From contig OZ249440.1 of assembly GCA_965235115.1 (NCBI GenBank), forward strand, positions 23,560,001-23,624,000: DNA of 64,000 bases, given 5' to 3'. The stretch is from Laetmonice hystrix (taxonomy: Eukaryota). A program made the translations under genes and the position numbers. Positions within the stretch are counted from its first letter, which is position 1. Each line of letters starts with the position of its first letter. Below are positions 1-13,894 of the stretch, piece by piece. The notes beneath the pieces are model-generated. The model saw nothing but the letters and a program-made list of their open reading frames with translations. It did no database searches and was not told the origin of the DNA.

Positions 1-547
1 CTACACGATGTGCAGATGTGAAGAACTCGTTCGGACTCCTTCATAATCAGTAAACAGTGTGGACGACAGTCATTCACTCGTGAGCAGGAGCTACCACAGC
101 CATTCATAGCGCCAAGACACCGAGTCTGTCAGTGTGGACCCCGTACATGGTCGGACCTTGCCGACCTCTAGCAACACTAGTGAAGCCGAGAGGAGACACA
201 CATCTTGCCGTCTGCCTAGTGTCTATACCTACGGCGGCGTCCCATTCCCTGTGATCTATTACCTATAGGTGTGTATCAGACGACGCTGGGATCACCAACG
301 CTATACGTCCTCGGTTACCGAGGTTACCTATACCTACAGCCGGGCCGTTCCCACGGTCCCTGTACGGACACCAACTTACGTCTTATATAATATATTTATT
401 TCACCACACTGGAGCAGGCGGCCATCAGCCAGCAGTCTGGTGGTGTTTGATCATTATTAGGAGTTGTATTCGGTGATCCTCCAGGGATCAACCCCCAAGG
501 TGTGTTCCAGTCAGGATTGCCGATTTTGCCCGAGGTGACCCATCACA

Positions 548-681
548 ATGTTCGGGATCCAGGATAGCATCCAGCCACGAGGGCCTCTTACGAACCTCAA
601 GGAGGAACCGCTGTCCAGTCAACTGGGCACGGTCCGCAACTGGATGCAACCATCGGTCGTCGATCAGAACTCGACCAGCAG
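548..681 (+). CDS. coe: COE/EBF transcription factor, coding exon 1 (MFGIQDSIQPRGPLTNLKEEPLSSQLGTVRNWMQPSVVDQNSTS+AG)
   Basis: ATG at 548. The translation resembles the EBF N-terminus (MFGIQ...KEEPL...WMQ). The exon ends AG|gtgcgt, is 134 nt, and its phase-2 end joins exon 2 in frame. Confidence 0.93.
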
Positions 682-1274
682 GTGCGTGTAGTACACATTT
701 TACCCCACCCCCCCCCCCACCCCTCACACCCTGTATACCCTACCACCACCCCCGTGAGATCACCCTGTAAACGGTGGTCCCCCACCACCACCACCACCAC
801 CGGGAGTCTGTCTGACACTCCCCTCCTCATCATCACCATCAGTAATACCCGTAATACTAATAAATTTCTCGAGTGCCACTTATTTATCGTCGGTATCTGT
901 GGAGAGAGAGAGGGAACAATCTCTATAGGGCCTCCTCCCCTCAGCACCCTCCCCTCCTCCATAGCCGATCTCTGAGGGCTCGGCCTATTTACCCCTAAAC
1001 GCAATTAACACCGGGGGCCGAGCCACACGAATTAGGTTTTCTCCATCCCCTGTCGGTCGGGGCCAGGATCAGTCCCCGAGCAGATCACTATACTATAGAG
1101 CTGCATGAGCTCAGTCTATATACGAGCTACACCAGCAAACGCTGGAGCAGCCAGTAGAGGGCCAGGCGTCGGCTGTGATCACACACGTTGACGTGACCAT
1201 CGCATCACTATGACAACACCACCATGCCACCTCATCCAGTCCCATCTATAGAGCTTTGCCTCTCATCATTTCAG

Positions 1275-1431
1275 CTGTGTTGGGCTTGGTCGAGCACACT
1301 TTGAAAAACAACCACCGAGCAATCTACGGAAAAGCAACTTCTTCCATTTTGTATTGGCATTGTACGACAAACACGGACAACCAGTTGAGGTAGAACGAAC
1401 CGCCTACATAGACTTCGTCGAAAAGGAGTTG
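1275..1431 (+). CDS. coe: COE exon 2 ([52 protein letters not shown])
   Basis: Contains the diagnostic COE motif [20 protein letters not shown]. Acceptor tttcag| at 1274, donor |gtaggt at 1432, length 157 nt. Confidence 0.98.
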
Positions 1432-1812
1432 GTAGGTGTAAGTCAAATATTTATTTTATTTCTTGTCCTGCCTCCCCCAATGCGCCTGTAGTTTTGCTGC
1501 CATTTTGCACTTTATTTCCCCAAGCCGGGCCAGGGGCTTGCATGCATGCGCCCCTGACGACTTCCCTTGTTTAGCATTAGCTCCAGTATAGCGATACTCT
1601 GCCGGCTGCATTAGAGGTGCAAGGCCGTGGATGCAATATTCATGACCTCAGCTAATTCCTGGCCACTTCTCGGCACATTGCAAGGAATTTCTGGGCGGTT
1701 GGTCGTGTGTACAACCTAATTAACAAGAACCCAGCTGGCTTGTCGACAACGCTCACAAATCACTCCTTTCTTTCTAATTATCTACTGGCAACACTTTACT
1801 TTCTTTTCGCAG

Positions 1813-1876
1813 GAGGAAGGTTCAACCAAAACAAACAATGGAATACATTACCGGCTACAGTTATTATACGCAAATG
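1813..1876 (+). CDS. coe: COE exon 3 (EEGSTKTNNGIHYRLQLLYAN+G)
   Basis: Contains KTNNGIHYRLQLLY. Long polypyrimidine tract ending cgcag|, donor |gtaagt, length 64 nt. Confidence 0.98.
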
Positions 1877-4800
1877 GTAAGTTATACATTTTCTCTCATG
1901 TTTAAGAACAGATTAAATCATTTTTATAGATCTGTACAATGTCGGCACTGAGCGCCACCTACCGTTAGAGTCAGCGAGGCGTGACGACGTATATATAGCC
2001 CCGGCGTTATGATACAGCATCGAGACGATATCTCTCTCGTTTAGTGCAACGGCATCTTGAACCGGCTATCTCATAAACTGACACTAATGCCCCCCTCTTG
2101 ACGTCCTTAATACGGCAAGTTGACGACCTGGGAAAACGCGCCCCAAACCCCTCCAGCCATATCGCGGCCATCTATCAGAGCAAATCGAATTGCCACCAAT
2201 ATTGATGACAATAGAGCGGCGTTCGCGTGGACAGTGCCCGCCCGGTCAGCCGGCTGTGGGTACGAGTGGGTGAGCGCAGACACCACGGCTATGATACCTT
2301 CACCGCCAGTTAAATATTGAAACAGGAGAGATATCATGGCTGCCTGATATACATGCGGGGAATTATGATTATAACAGCGGATGAAATATCAATGGTTTCT
2401 CTTACTGTATATGTGTGAATTACACAGGGGTAACATAGTTTAGGGTTGGCGAGTGTACATACGGGGGTGTTGTTATAAAGGGCAGCGTTGATTGAGCAGG
2501 ATACTGCCTGGACCGGTCACATAACCACGGACGGTCAGGACGAGTAATGGGCTCATGAACTGCTATCATTCTGGCTTGTTTTGTGCGCTCTAGACCTGCA
2601 CGAGCCCTGGGGAAATTACATTGTGCAACATTACATCATGGGTATATTATATTTGGGTGGCATTAATTTGAACATTGTGGGCGGAGGTCCTGTGTGAATG
2701 GGGTTAGTTAACTTATCATGGTTCATACATGGATCGCAACATGTGCTTCTATAATTATGTAACATTTCGGACTTAAACCGGGGAATGTATAAAAAGGACT
2801 TAGGATATTCGGACAAGACAATGAGAACTGAATTATTGTCATTACACAACGTTTTCTCCTAATTCTACACATGTTTTCGTACGATTTAATCATTGTATAA
2901 CATTGACTTCCCCGCAGTCAGTGTGTGATTTCATCTTCAAGCATTTTTGTAAATAATTTAGAAATCAATATCCGTGGGAATGTTTGAATGAGCCGGGAGG
3001 GGGTTCAAGTAGGCCGGCTATTGAGATCGCCAGTCTGTACGGAACCCATCCACGGGATCAATAAAGGCTTTAGGATGGACACGTATCATTGCCTCCGGGC
3101 CAGTCGGGTGCTAGTCACCGCCGGGATTCTACCAGATATCATCAAGAAAATACCTCGAGGAACACCTAGAGAGAGGAGAGGTTTCTGGTGGATATCTGGG
3201 TCAAGTGACCTGTGGTGTTAATTTTGTTAATGGCTGAGAGAGGCGTGTATGTAGGTCAGTGCGGCAGACAATGCGGTTTGTTTACATTCTGTCATCGCCG
3301 ATAATGTATGTTTCACGACTCGATGCTTACCGTGTGGCGGTGGGGAAATGGCGACATGCTCGGGCCGGGCGCCCTTTAATAATCTATGGGAGGCGATGAA
3401 TGGGGGAACATGTAGTATAGGGCTAGCATAGCGGGGGAGAGGGCAGGTTGAGTGAGTGGTCAGACATGTGGCCATCGTTTGGTGGACAATAAAAGGGACG
3501 TTTGGAGGGTGTGGGCAGGTCGGCATAAATTGTTTTAATGCGTGCTCTCCGGTGTTTTGTGTTGGGCCGTATACAGACACCGGCCCTGTGGATGAGAGCG
3601 GGCCGGGGGCGGGGCGGGACGAGTCCGGCCGCCCGGGCACTGCGGGCTCCGCGGGCCGGGACGATATGTTTATTCATGGCCGTGGTCGTGGACGGAGGGT
3701 GACGGGTGGCACCCCGGCCATCTGGGCCCGAGGGTGAACTATACCGCACCCCGTCACCATGACCGCCCCGTCTGTCAGCCCATACAACCACCCGCCCCGG
3801 GCTGTGGGTAATTCACATTGACCGCGGAATGGCTTTTAAACCTCTCAGTCTCACTGACAAAATAATAATAATAAAAAAATCCCGCTGGTCCTCTGAAATG
3901 AACGTGCAGGTGGGAGTTGAAATACGGAGGGCGTGTATGGGAGAATGATATTGTTTGCAGGAAGTGTTCAGTGTTTTATATTGCTTGGCGGGGTTTATTA
4001 TCGGTACATTGTGTGGCTGGGGGAATGATACAGTCATCACGGCAGGCCTCGGTAGGCGGACCGACAGTCGGTGACAATCGTGTCGAGTCGGCATCAGTCG
4101 GCCGGCGGCGGCGGGAGGAGGTGCCGACCGGCCGCCAACCCGCGCAATGCATCACGGGACGCCATCTGTCAACTCAGGACCCGGCCACGATCCCAGACCA
4201 AACGCGGCGTCATTTTCGTGCAGAGAACACATGCATGTCAATTCCAGTGTTGGTCATTAATCTATGGGCGAGCACCGTGGGCTAATTTACCAAACTGGAG
4301 GCCGGGGCGGGCCGCGCGGGCTCGGTAAGAACGGCCCCGGTAAGATGTGTCTTGTATTATGAGTAATTGCCAACCGTGATCAAAATGGAAACGCGTTAAC
4401 GCCACTCAAATCGTTTAATGCACTGATCTAAGCCCCCCGGTCGCTGAAATTGAATAGGCCCGTCGAAAAATCGTGAAATGCCATTTACCAAATTTCCTTG
4501 GCCGTCTAACGATAGAAGTTTTGACGTTAATACTGGTCGATGTCGACGGGTTGTTTAGCGCGGCGTCGTGATCGCCGCACACCGTGACCAGCATCACATC
4601 GATGTCGGCCATCTTTGATGAGGCGTAGATCAAACGCGGTCGATGGTGGATAAAGGCAGGTTCATTGATTCCAGCCCGTTATCTGCTGCTAGCTCCTCTC
4701 CGGGCAGCCGTGTGCCTACGACCCCGGCAAGATGGCAAACGTCGCCGGTTTCACCGGGTCCCGCGGTCGGCGGCCTGAATAAACACAGTCGTTGAGATCG

Positions 4801-5487
4801 TCTGCTTGGAATTGTAAATTGACTGGTCGGCTTATACCAGTGTATCGTGAAGATGGCCCGCTGTGAAACATGTCTATTTGTATAGCCTGATAATGTACGG
4901 CATCCACTGCATGGCCTGCTGCCGGCGGCTGGCCGTGGGTGTGGGTGTGGGGGTGTGGGTGTGGGGGAGGACGATATTGTTGCATGCCTATGCGTAATCC
5001 GAACAATTAAATCATTCTAGCTTTGTTACATCCACAACTGTCGTGCTGTCAGTCGGTAATTGTATTATAGGCCGGGATAACGCCCAATCATACTGCCCCG
5101 GTATTGCCACTGCTATACAAATATTGCTCTTTTTATTGTGACAATCCACTACATGCCAAGAAATTTTTCTATCTCACAAATTAGAGTGCATGTATTATGA
5201 AGCGTATAAGTTTGTCATAATCATAGCGGGCGAATCCTACAAACAGCTCACTATAAAAGTCAAGGCAGGCGTTATGTCCTCATAATTAGGCTATAGTGTA
5301 TAATATTATGAAATGTTATCATGTTTATTCCGGTATAATGTATACCATGAATGTGTGTTAACAGTTCTTTCATGTGTGTTAACAGATCTATCTGTGTATT
5401 ATGAGATATTATAACCTATATGGCGATAACCTTGGTCCAACCATGTGCTAATAAAGATTTCTATTTCCGGGTGCCTTGGGATGACAG

Positions 5488-5543
5488 GAGTTCGACAAGA
5501 ACAGGACCTGTACATTCGCCTCATCGACTCGGTCACCAAGCAG
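5488..5543 (+). CDS. coe: COE exon 4 (GVRQEQDLYIRLIDSVTKQ)
   Basis: Contains RQEQDLYIRLIDSVTKQ, which is also visible inside track ORF 5445..6065. Acceptor gacag|, donor |gtgagt, length 56 nt. Confidence 0.97.
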
Positions 5544-5753
5544 GTGAGTACGACCGCTTCACATTACGTATTAATTATTTACCGCCCGCGTCGGATAACT
5601 GCACGCGCTACGATCTCGAACGTTGGGTGTGAATTATTGAATATAAACCACGCACGTGTCGCCGCTGTCATTGTCACGTCGGGCGGCGGCGGGGCGGCGC
5701 GCACCCAATCTGTTCGGGTAATAGTGGGCCGGGACGCTGGGAGGCCGGAGTTC

Positions 5754-6013
5754 NNNNNNNNNNNNNNNNNNNNNNNNNNNNNNNNNNNNNNNNNNNNNNN
5801 NNNNNNNNNNNNNNNNNNNNNNNNNNNNNNNNNNNNNNNNNNNNNNNNNNNNNNNNNNNNNNNNNNNNNNNNNNNNNNNNNNNNNNNNNNNNNNNNNNNN
5901 NNNNNNNNNNNNNNNNNNNNNNNNNNNNNNNNNNNNNNNNNNNNNNNNNNNNNNNNNNNNNNNNNNNNNNNNNNNNNNNNNNNNNNNNNNNNNNNNNNNN
6001 NNNNNNNNNNNNN
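5754..6013. other. Assembly gap (260 N) in coe intron 4
   Basis: Run of N between GC-rich flanks. Confidence 1.
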
Positions 6014-6546
6014 ACCCCGGTGGAAGCATGGTCATCTCCCTCTTGTACCACCGGGAGGGGAGTAAAACGGGAACTCTATACGGAACAGTGCAGTTGTAAT
6101 ATCGACCGACTTCATATAGACAGGCAGGAGGGAGGGAGGGAGGGGGTGGGGTGTTTTATTTAATATTGCTTCTTCGCCTGGAAATTATGTCAGATCTAGG
6201 GAGATTAACAAAATCCAGGAAGGAATTTTAGCCATGAATATCATTAGGCCGGTGGATAATATTTAAACATTAAAGTAAGGGGTTAATGGGCGTCTCGTCT
6301 CGTTTAGATGGGGGTGGGGGGTGGGGTTATTCTGGATTTTCTTTATGCTGGTCGTAAGGAATATAGATGCGCGTGTGTTGTTGGGTGGTGATGGCCTGGT
6401 TGGGATTCTGGATGGGCCGGAGAGATGTGACCTGATGTGCTACACGAGCTGTAGGACTGACGGCCGTGACAACCTGCAGGCCGCACCGTCCGGCTCTCCG
6501 TGCTCCGTGCTAGCCCGGCCGGTGGTGTTGTCAAGGTCTGCCGTCA

Positions 6547-6758
6547 GCCCACACTCGGCCCACACTCGGCCCACATGCACGCGGCCCACACTTGGCCCCC
6601 ACTCGGCCCCCACTCGACTCACACTCGGCCCCCACTCGACTCACACCCGGCCCACACTCGGCTCTCACCCGGCCCACACTCGGCCCACACCCGGTCCACA
6701 CTCGGCTCACACCCGTCCCACACTCGGCCCACAGTCGGCCCACAGTCGGCCCACACTC
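6547..6758. repeat. Minisatellite, ~11-bp unit CCCACACTCGG
   Basis: Directly visible degenerate tandem array. Confidence 0.9.
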
Positions 6759-9446
6759 GCATCAATGGCACTTGACTTCCGATGAGAACCCTCAATTACT
6801 GCAGGTCTCCCCACACAAACGCCTCAGGGAACATTCCCCACCCACCGGCCGTACGCCGTCCGTATACCCCGGGAACCCCGGCCTACCTGCCCCGGCCTCA
6901 TAGCGGCCCGGGCCGGGGATAACGGTTTACGGCAATCCTATCCCACGGCAAGTCCTCCTGAATTAGTCCCGACCCAGCCATGATCCACAGCGAGTGACAG
7001 CAATCGGTGGAGGTGGGTGTCTGCAGACAGAGAGAGAGAGAACCAGTCGATGGCGGCGTGCATACCGTATACAACGGTTGTCCACCGTATACCGGCAGTA
7101 TGGCGGCGTCAAGCAGGACGAGGTCACTGTTCCCGGCCCCCCGCCGTCCCCGCCGACCTCACCCTCACCCTAGAACCACCGCCCGACTCCTCAAGCCAGC
7201 ACCAAGGTGACTTTACGCGCCTCAATGACGAACAAGACGTAATATTCCGGTGGCCGGCTGTGAGTGTTTCCGACAGGCAGCAGAACGACTTAGTTCCCGC
7301 GGCGTGGGGTACTGCTTGCCGTCCTAATAACGTCGTCAATACTCGCCACTGCTCCGCGCTCTTTGTCGACAAATATTGTTCCTTCAATGTGGTGATGACT
7401 ATTTCGCCATTAATCAACGTCAGGTTCATTAGGCACTTTGACAAGGCTAATATGACACGGGGTGCGTTCGTGTAAGGCCGGGTGGGCGTGAAGGCTTGTG
7501 GCCTTAAGTCCGACCGAGGCCGGTGGGCAGACCCTGACTCGGCGCCTTAAACATGGACCTAGTGTTAACGGAATTGGCCCCGACTTTATTAGTGCTAGAA
7601 ACTGGGGCAGCGTAAAAGATCGAAGGCGGGTGGCTGTATGGTGATAATTTAACGGAAGGGTGGGGTGGTTCAATGTGTTAGCACTGTGTGAATATTATGG
7701 TTAGGCGCAGTAGATAATAAACACTGCACGTTATCGTCATTAGCTGCTGGAGTATAAAAAAACAGGAGGGATGGTAAAACAAAGAGGATATTTCATCAGT
7801 GACCATAACTCAGCGTGGCTGTAGGGACTGACACGGTCGACAGACGGTCCCAGTGACCTCATTGTGAGCGCTCGGTCCGTGATTACAATCTAGGCGGAGA
7901 GAAAGACAACAGACCATGTCAGCTGATCGCCTCCCGCGGCCCCCCGCCTCCCTCAGCCCACCACGCCCCTCCTGCTGCCTTCTCCCGGCCTCCCCCCGCG
8001 ACATATGGCCGCCGGAAACGGCCTGCTGCCTCCAGTTAATAGCGTTTTGTAGTCGGGCCCCGACTCCGGATGCCGTGCCGGAGATCGAGTGAGGCGTGCC
8101 CGGTTGATAATAGACCGGGGGAGTGTGCGCGGACAGCCCGGCCGGCGGGCGGGCGGGCGGGACACGGTATAGGACGGAGGACGGAGACATGGTCCCCGCC
8201 ACGGCCGAGTCGTCTATCCATCCACACCGTATGAATGAAGTCGTATACTGGGGTGGAGACCGGGGCCCCGGGCCGTGAATGGACAGCCAGCCGGGCGTAT
8301 AACGAGAACCTAGCCCGGCGTGCTGCCCACCCATCCATCACAAACCCGACAGCTACCTTCTCACGACCACATAGACCTGATAATTGACTAATTGGTTCTT
8401 CATAAAGCACCCGGCGTTAAGCTATCAGTCGTCAATACATACACACTACCCCCACCTCACTACTCCCCACACCACCACGACATCCGGCTTTCTGTACGGA
8501 TGTCTAAACTCCAACTCCAACATCCTCAAGGAGAATTTGATTGGTAATCAAGTACTTGAACGGCACGCGAGCTGACTTGATTCTAGTCAATGTATGCCCA
8601 TCACTCTCAATGTCTGAATGAACGCGCAATGAATTATTGACTTCTGTAGCCATTATACTTTAGTCGGGTGCACTTCATACATTGAATTCGAATCAGAGTA
8701 GATTTTAGAATTCGTACTAAGTGCGACCAAAACAAAAAGATTTATAACAGAGAAATTCTGCTTTATATGATTGCCATCGATCTAGACTATTCTTAATTAA
8801 CACACACATCTGTCTTGTCTTACTCCTTATAACATATACAAGACACTACCGCCTGAAAAATGTTAACCAAGTTGTAGTGTTGCAATAAAGCATCTTCAAA
8901 GAAGGTTTCACTTCGGGGGAAACATCGTAAACGTTGAGTGTAGAAAAATGGGAGGATTCCGAAGCTGTAAGAGACGATGTGTAGAGAGAGGTGCCGAGGG
9001 GATTGTCTACACTCGGCCATATGTCACAGACCCTGGGTGTGGCAAGCCGGCAACTCGCCCTCACTCTGCTCCCATGACACGGTCATTGTTTATAGAGATT
9101 ACCGTGGGGCCACTCGACCTAATCCCAGCTACCACTCACTCCCATCATTACACCTCATTGTACCGGTAGAGGGCGCTAAACAAACGGCCACCGTCCTACA
9201 GGTGGCAGCGACTTGGACGCTAAACCCGGCCCTAATCCGATTTACCTAACTCCGCCGTTTGAGACCAATCGTGGGTTTTCGGTGGCGTTTACAACATCTG
9301 CGCCACTCTATAGGGTCTCAGGGTGAGATCATGTTGGGATCTTAGGGGGGGGGGGGTGGCTCGGAAGGTGTGCGTGGATGCACGTTGTATATGTGCGTTC
9401 CTTGGAATGGGGTTATGCCAAGTTATATAGGATAATGATATAAGAA

Positions 9447-9447
<1 letters not shown>

Positions 9448-9503
<56 letters not shown>
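9448..9503 (+). repeat. (CTG)18 microsatellite in intron 4
   Basis: Uninterrupted CTG run. Confidence 0.98.
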
Positions 9504-9740
9504 ACAGCAGCATCAGGTTGTTACCGTGACTGCTTGTTGCGTGGCAACCCTCAAGATGATGGAGTAGGATGTAAGTAGACACGTGTAATGCAGCAAGCCC
9601 AGCAAAGTGCAAGGTGTAGCGTGTTCTTAGGCTTTATATCAAGTCAACCAGTTGTGTCTTTGTCCAGGCAATCCATTCAAACTCATGGGCTTTCAACGCG
9701 GAACGAACCAAGGGCCCTGATTTTTAGACGACGACGAAAT

Positions 9741-9966
9741 ATGTGTATGTTGCAAGGACTTTTATTTCTGACTCTTACAATGTGACGATACACTCATGTG
9801 TATGTTGCAATGGCTTTTATTTCTGACTCTTACAATGTGACGATACACTCATGTGTATGTTGCAATGGCTTTTATTTCTGACTCTTACAATGTGACGATA
9901 CACTCATGTGTATGTTGCAATGGCTTTTATTTCTGACTCTTAAAATGTGACGATACACTCATGTGT
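9741..9966. repeat. 55-bp tandem repeat, ~4 copies
   Basis: Unit ATGTGTATGTTGCAATGGCTTTTATTTCTGACTCTTACAATGTGACGATACACTC starts at 9741, 9796, 9851 and 9906. Confidence 0.97.
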
Positions 9967-11324
9967 TCCTGACTAGAAACCTGTGTCTATGCGAACACTA
10001 CAACCATGAGCATAATTAGAATCAAGATACGACCAGGCTGGTTTCTGATTAGACCAGAGATTCTGAGTTCTTTCTCCAGTAATTGGAGACAGGTCTCTGG
10101 GAGAAGATGAAGTGTTAGGTTTCTAACAAGAATGACAAAAGCCAATTGGAGGCGTTAATTAACGGGCGTCCAAGACCACATAACCTCTTACGTCACAACC
10201 GACGATTGTCTGTGTGCGCATGAGCAGACGTCGACCAGACACAAAGCTACAGCGACCCAATGAAAGCGTCAGGGCAAATGGCAGACTGATGCTTGGCGAA
10301 ATGTATATGTTTGCTTGGCCACAGGAACCTCAAACTGTGATATACCATGACCGTTGTTATTGCCCTGTCTCCTGAAGATATTGCCCTGTTCCCTGGATTC
10401 AACCTTTCCCCTGGAGAGAAAACAGTTTGTGCCGACGACCGTCACCGACTGTCTCCGACCGTGGGCGACCCGACCCGACCCGACGACCTGTCGGATGGAG
10501 GGGGAGGGTTGACGCTTGATTGAAGCCACCGTTATCGCTGGGATCTGTTCAGTCGGGTGTAACTCGAGACAACCTGTTAGCTGGGTTACAAGAGCCAGAC
10601 CCACGCTGACTTACGTCACGTGTTTTCATATAAGCCATATGTCAGGTTTGAGAGGCCAAGGTGGTCGGTGGTAGAGGCGGGGGAGGGGGGGGGGGGGGAC
10701 GCGTTCTGCCAGGCTAACACGGCCCCACGGCCCCGACACAGAATCGATTGTGGACAGGTCCCGCGGGATCTGGCGACCGAGGGGGACCAGGGGGTGGACC
10801 GGCAGGCGGACCGACTGGTGGACCGAGTGGGGGTTGACCGAGTGAACCGGCCACTCCTCCAGCAGCCTCCTACTCCTCCAGAGTGGTCCTCCTGAGAGTG
10901 TAACCCGGATGTCGACCCCACTCTCTTCTCTTTGTTCTCGAGTCTGGAGCTCTGACCGTCGTTACGGCTAGTCACGGGGCAGGTGTCCGCAGCCACCCAA
11001 CCACCTGTTATTACACCGAGTGATAACTTACTACAGCCATAACAGAACCTCTACAATATACACCGTACAGATACATAGACCCTTACAATCTAGATATATA
11101 GATACACATACATGTACGTCAAGTTCCCTTAAGCTCTTTCACATTAATATGTCAGGTTTGAGTCCTGGAAATCTGCTGAAAATACTGCTACAATATGGCC
11201 CAACTTAGGCCGATTGATTCCGTACTGTATGCCGGTTTACGGTTTATATTAAGGATTTCTATAAATAAAATGTATATGGGTGTACCTTTCTGACATTTTC
11301 CCGTTCCGTTTCCTTCATTGACAG

Positions 11325-11398
11325 GCAATCATTTACGAAGGGCAGGACAAAAACCCAGAGATGTGCCGGGTCCTTCTAACACACGAAATTATGTGCAG
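11325..11398 (+). CDS. coe: COE exon 5 (AIIYEGQDKNPEMCRVLLTHEIMC+AG)
   Basis: Invariant COE motif YEGQDKNPEMCRVLLTHE. Acceptor ttgacag|, donor |gtgagt, length 74 nt. Confidence 0.98.
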
Positions 11399-11810
11399 GT
11401 GAGTGGTAAAAAAATGTTTGACCGCACTTTCTATTTACAATCCTCTTATGATAGTGGTAAATCAATATAAGTGATTTTATATTACTTCTTTCATCAATCA
11501 GTTTATTATCTTTTTTGTTTCTAATTGCCTTCGAGAAAGCAATCATTTTAAGATGGTTTCACTCGAGATTTCAATGGGTGAACGCTTCATTGACGTCACC
11601 GAATGTAAATCTGCCAAGGCACGTGCAGTCAAACCTGCATCTACCGCATAATTTACTTTCGAGCGAGGTGCGGGTGTTCTCTTTCCTCTCCAGTGACCCG
11701 TTGAAGTAATCCAAAATGTCGACTTCACACCCAAGTAGTCGTTGATCGGTAGCCGTCACTGCGCCGATTGCTTCTTCATTGTATGACAATAATCGTCTGT
11801 GATAGATTGA

Positions 11811-11930
<120 letters not shown>

Positions 11931-13894
11931 TAAGTGACACTTTCCTTGTGTTAACCCTTCTATTCCAGCGTCTACTCCATTGCTCCTATGTTGTCATGGA
12001 AAGCGATTTCAACCCAGCTCTTTGGGGAGAAATCTCAACTCACATGGGATAATATACTGTTTACTGCACCGAATGGCTTGACGTCATATGCCTTTGTTTG
12101 TAGGTGTTTCCAACATGTTTTCAGCGTGGGTAAAGAGTTAACACGTTTGTTTGTGACGGGTTGCTGGTGTTTGGAATCGACCACAGACAGTCTTACGTGA
12201 AGGGTTATGAAGTGTTACAAGTGTCAGCAATAGATTGGGAGTGTTCGGTTGGGTGAAACTGTGGGGGGTTCGATTACCAGATACTCCATGTAACCTAGGG
12301 GGGGTCTTTGTAAGTTTGAGTGAGTCGTTTCGTCTATTTCATTACAAGTCCAGTGTCCAGTGGCGAGTTGGAGGATAGTATTTAGTGAGGAGACATCTTA
12401 GCCGTGGCATCATGCTGGGAACCTGTTTTAGCTATCATTGTGTGTTCTCTGCTCGTCCGTCGACTGTCATTGATAGCACTGTCAGTCCTAGACGACCCGA
12501 ACCGCCCTCCTGTGAGCGACACGCCTTGACCCGACCACGTAGTTATGTAAGAGCTTTTAAAATATGCCGACGATGATAGAAAAGGACGGCCTCCCCTTTG
12601 GCTTGGGATGAGCGCAATTATACAGCCAGTTGATGAAGTGGAATGCGCAATGATTGCGTGCTGTTTGTAGACTAGCAGGGGGTGGGTATCAGACTCACTG
12701 GCCTGTGGCTAGCCTCCATAATCCCACTCCAATTCACACAGCAACACACAGCCACCTCTACCGTCCAAATGTATCACACAATTCACTACAGAAAAGTGCC
12801 TGCCACTCGTGGCAGTAACAAATCATGTATGTTATATTCTCCGGGTGTAGGCGTCAGACCCACTCTATGTCCCGTTTACAACACGAAACACTACCATCTT
12901 ATTCACCAAATTGCCCTTGTCCGCATTGTTAGTGCCCTCATCTATATGTATTGCGACGGCCGTGACTTATTAATAAGACCAATATGAATGGGCTATGTGG
13001 CTAATATTGGAGCGCTGACCGTCTCGGGACTGTGGGGTGGAGGGTGGTCGGTCTGTCGGCCAGGGGCGGGTCGTGGCCGATGGCCTGTCCAGGGAGCTGG
13101 ACGGCGCCAAGGCCACAAGTACTGACCCCTGGTTTACGTGTGATTGCCGTAATAGGCCAACGGAGCCTTGCGCTGTGGCCGGCTAATTGGCTGTGAGGGG
13201 CACGGCCAACCCTGATGTTACATTGAGACAGCGGCCGAGGGAGGACGGGAGGCCGGGCGGGACCCACAGACAGGTGCTCCGTCTGTGGGGGTTTCAGCGT
13301 CTACTCCACGGGAACTATTCTGTATTAAATGGAACCTCGCCCTGGTCGACATTTTGTAACCCCTATAGCCTGAGTGTTGAAAGGAGACCTGTTCTAAGTC
13401 CTGCCCCAGCCAGACCCCGATGGCATTGACCAACGGGGCTTGAAGATGTGTGAAATAGAGTGCACTCAGGCAGTCGCAGGCATCAGTTCGGATCAAACCA
13501 ATTTTAGTCGAGAGCAAATCGGAAACTGTGGGGAGGGTGGTGGTCGGGGTGGGGGAGCCGTGGTGCCGTGAGGGCTGCCGGCGAGGGGAGGCCAGGCGGC
13601 CGGTGGTTGATTAACCGGGCCCCATCAACCCGTCCTGCTGCCTTTATATGGACGAGATGCAAATGGTGCAGGGAGCCCTCACAGCGAGAAGAAACAGTGT
13701 ATAGACATGTAGCCAAGCCACAGGCTGAGCTCTGGCCAGGGGATTCACTGAGGGCCGTGGGCAAGTGTAATGGGAATTGTACAAGATTGGGGGATGCTTG
13801 GAGGGGGTGGGTGGGGGCCAGGATCGAACGCTGGAATCACTATGGGACGCTGACGGTCAGCTGGTGTGTGTGTGTGTGTGTGTGTGGGGGGGGG

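Noticed and set aside
381-400. TATA-like TATATAA upstream of the coe ATG (TATATAAAG at 16325 also noted)
   Set aside because: The TSS cannot be placed from sequence alone, and AT-rich matches are common.
5445-6065. 206-aa ORF spanning the gap
   Set aside because: Only 5488-5543 is coding (coe exon 4). The rest is intron and N-run.
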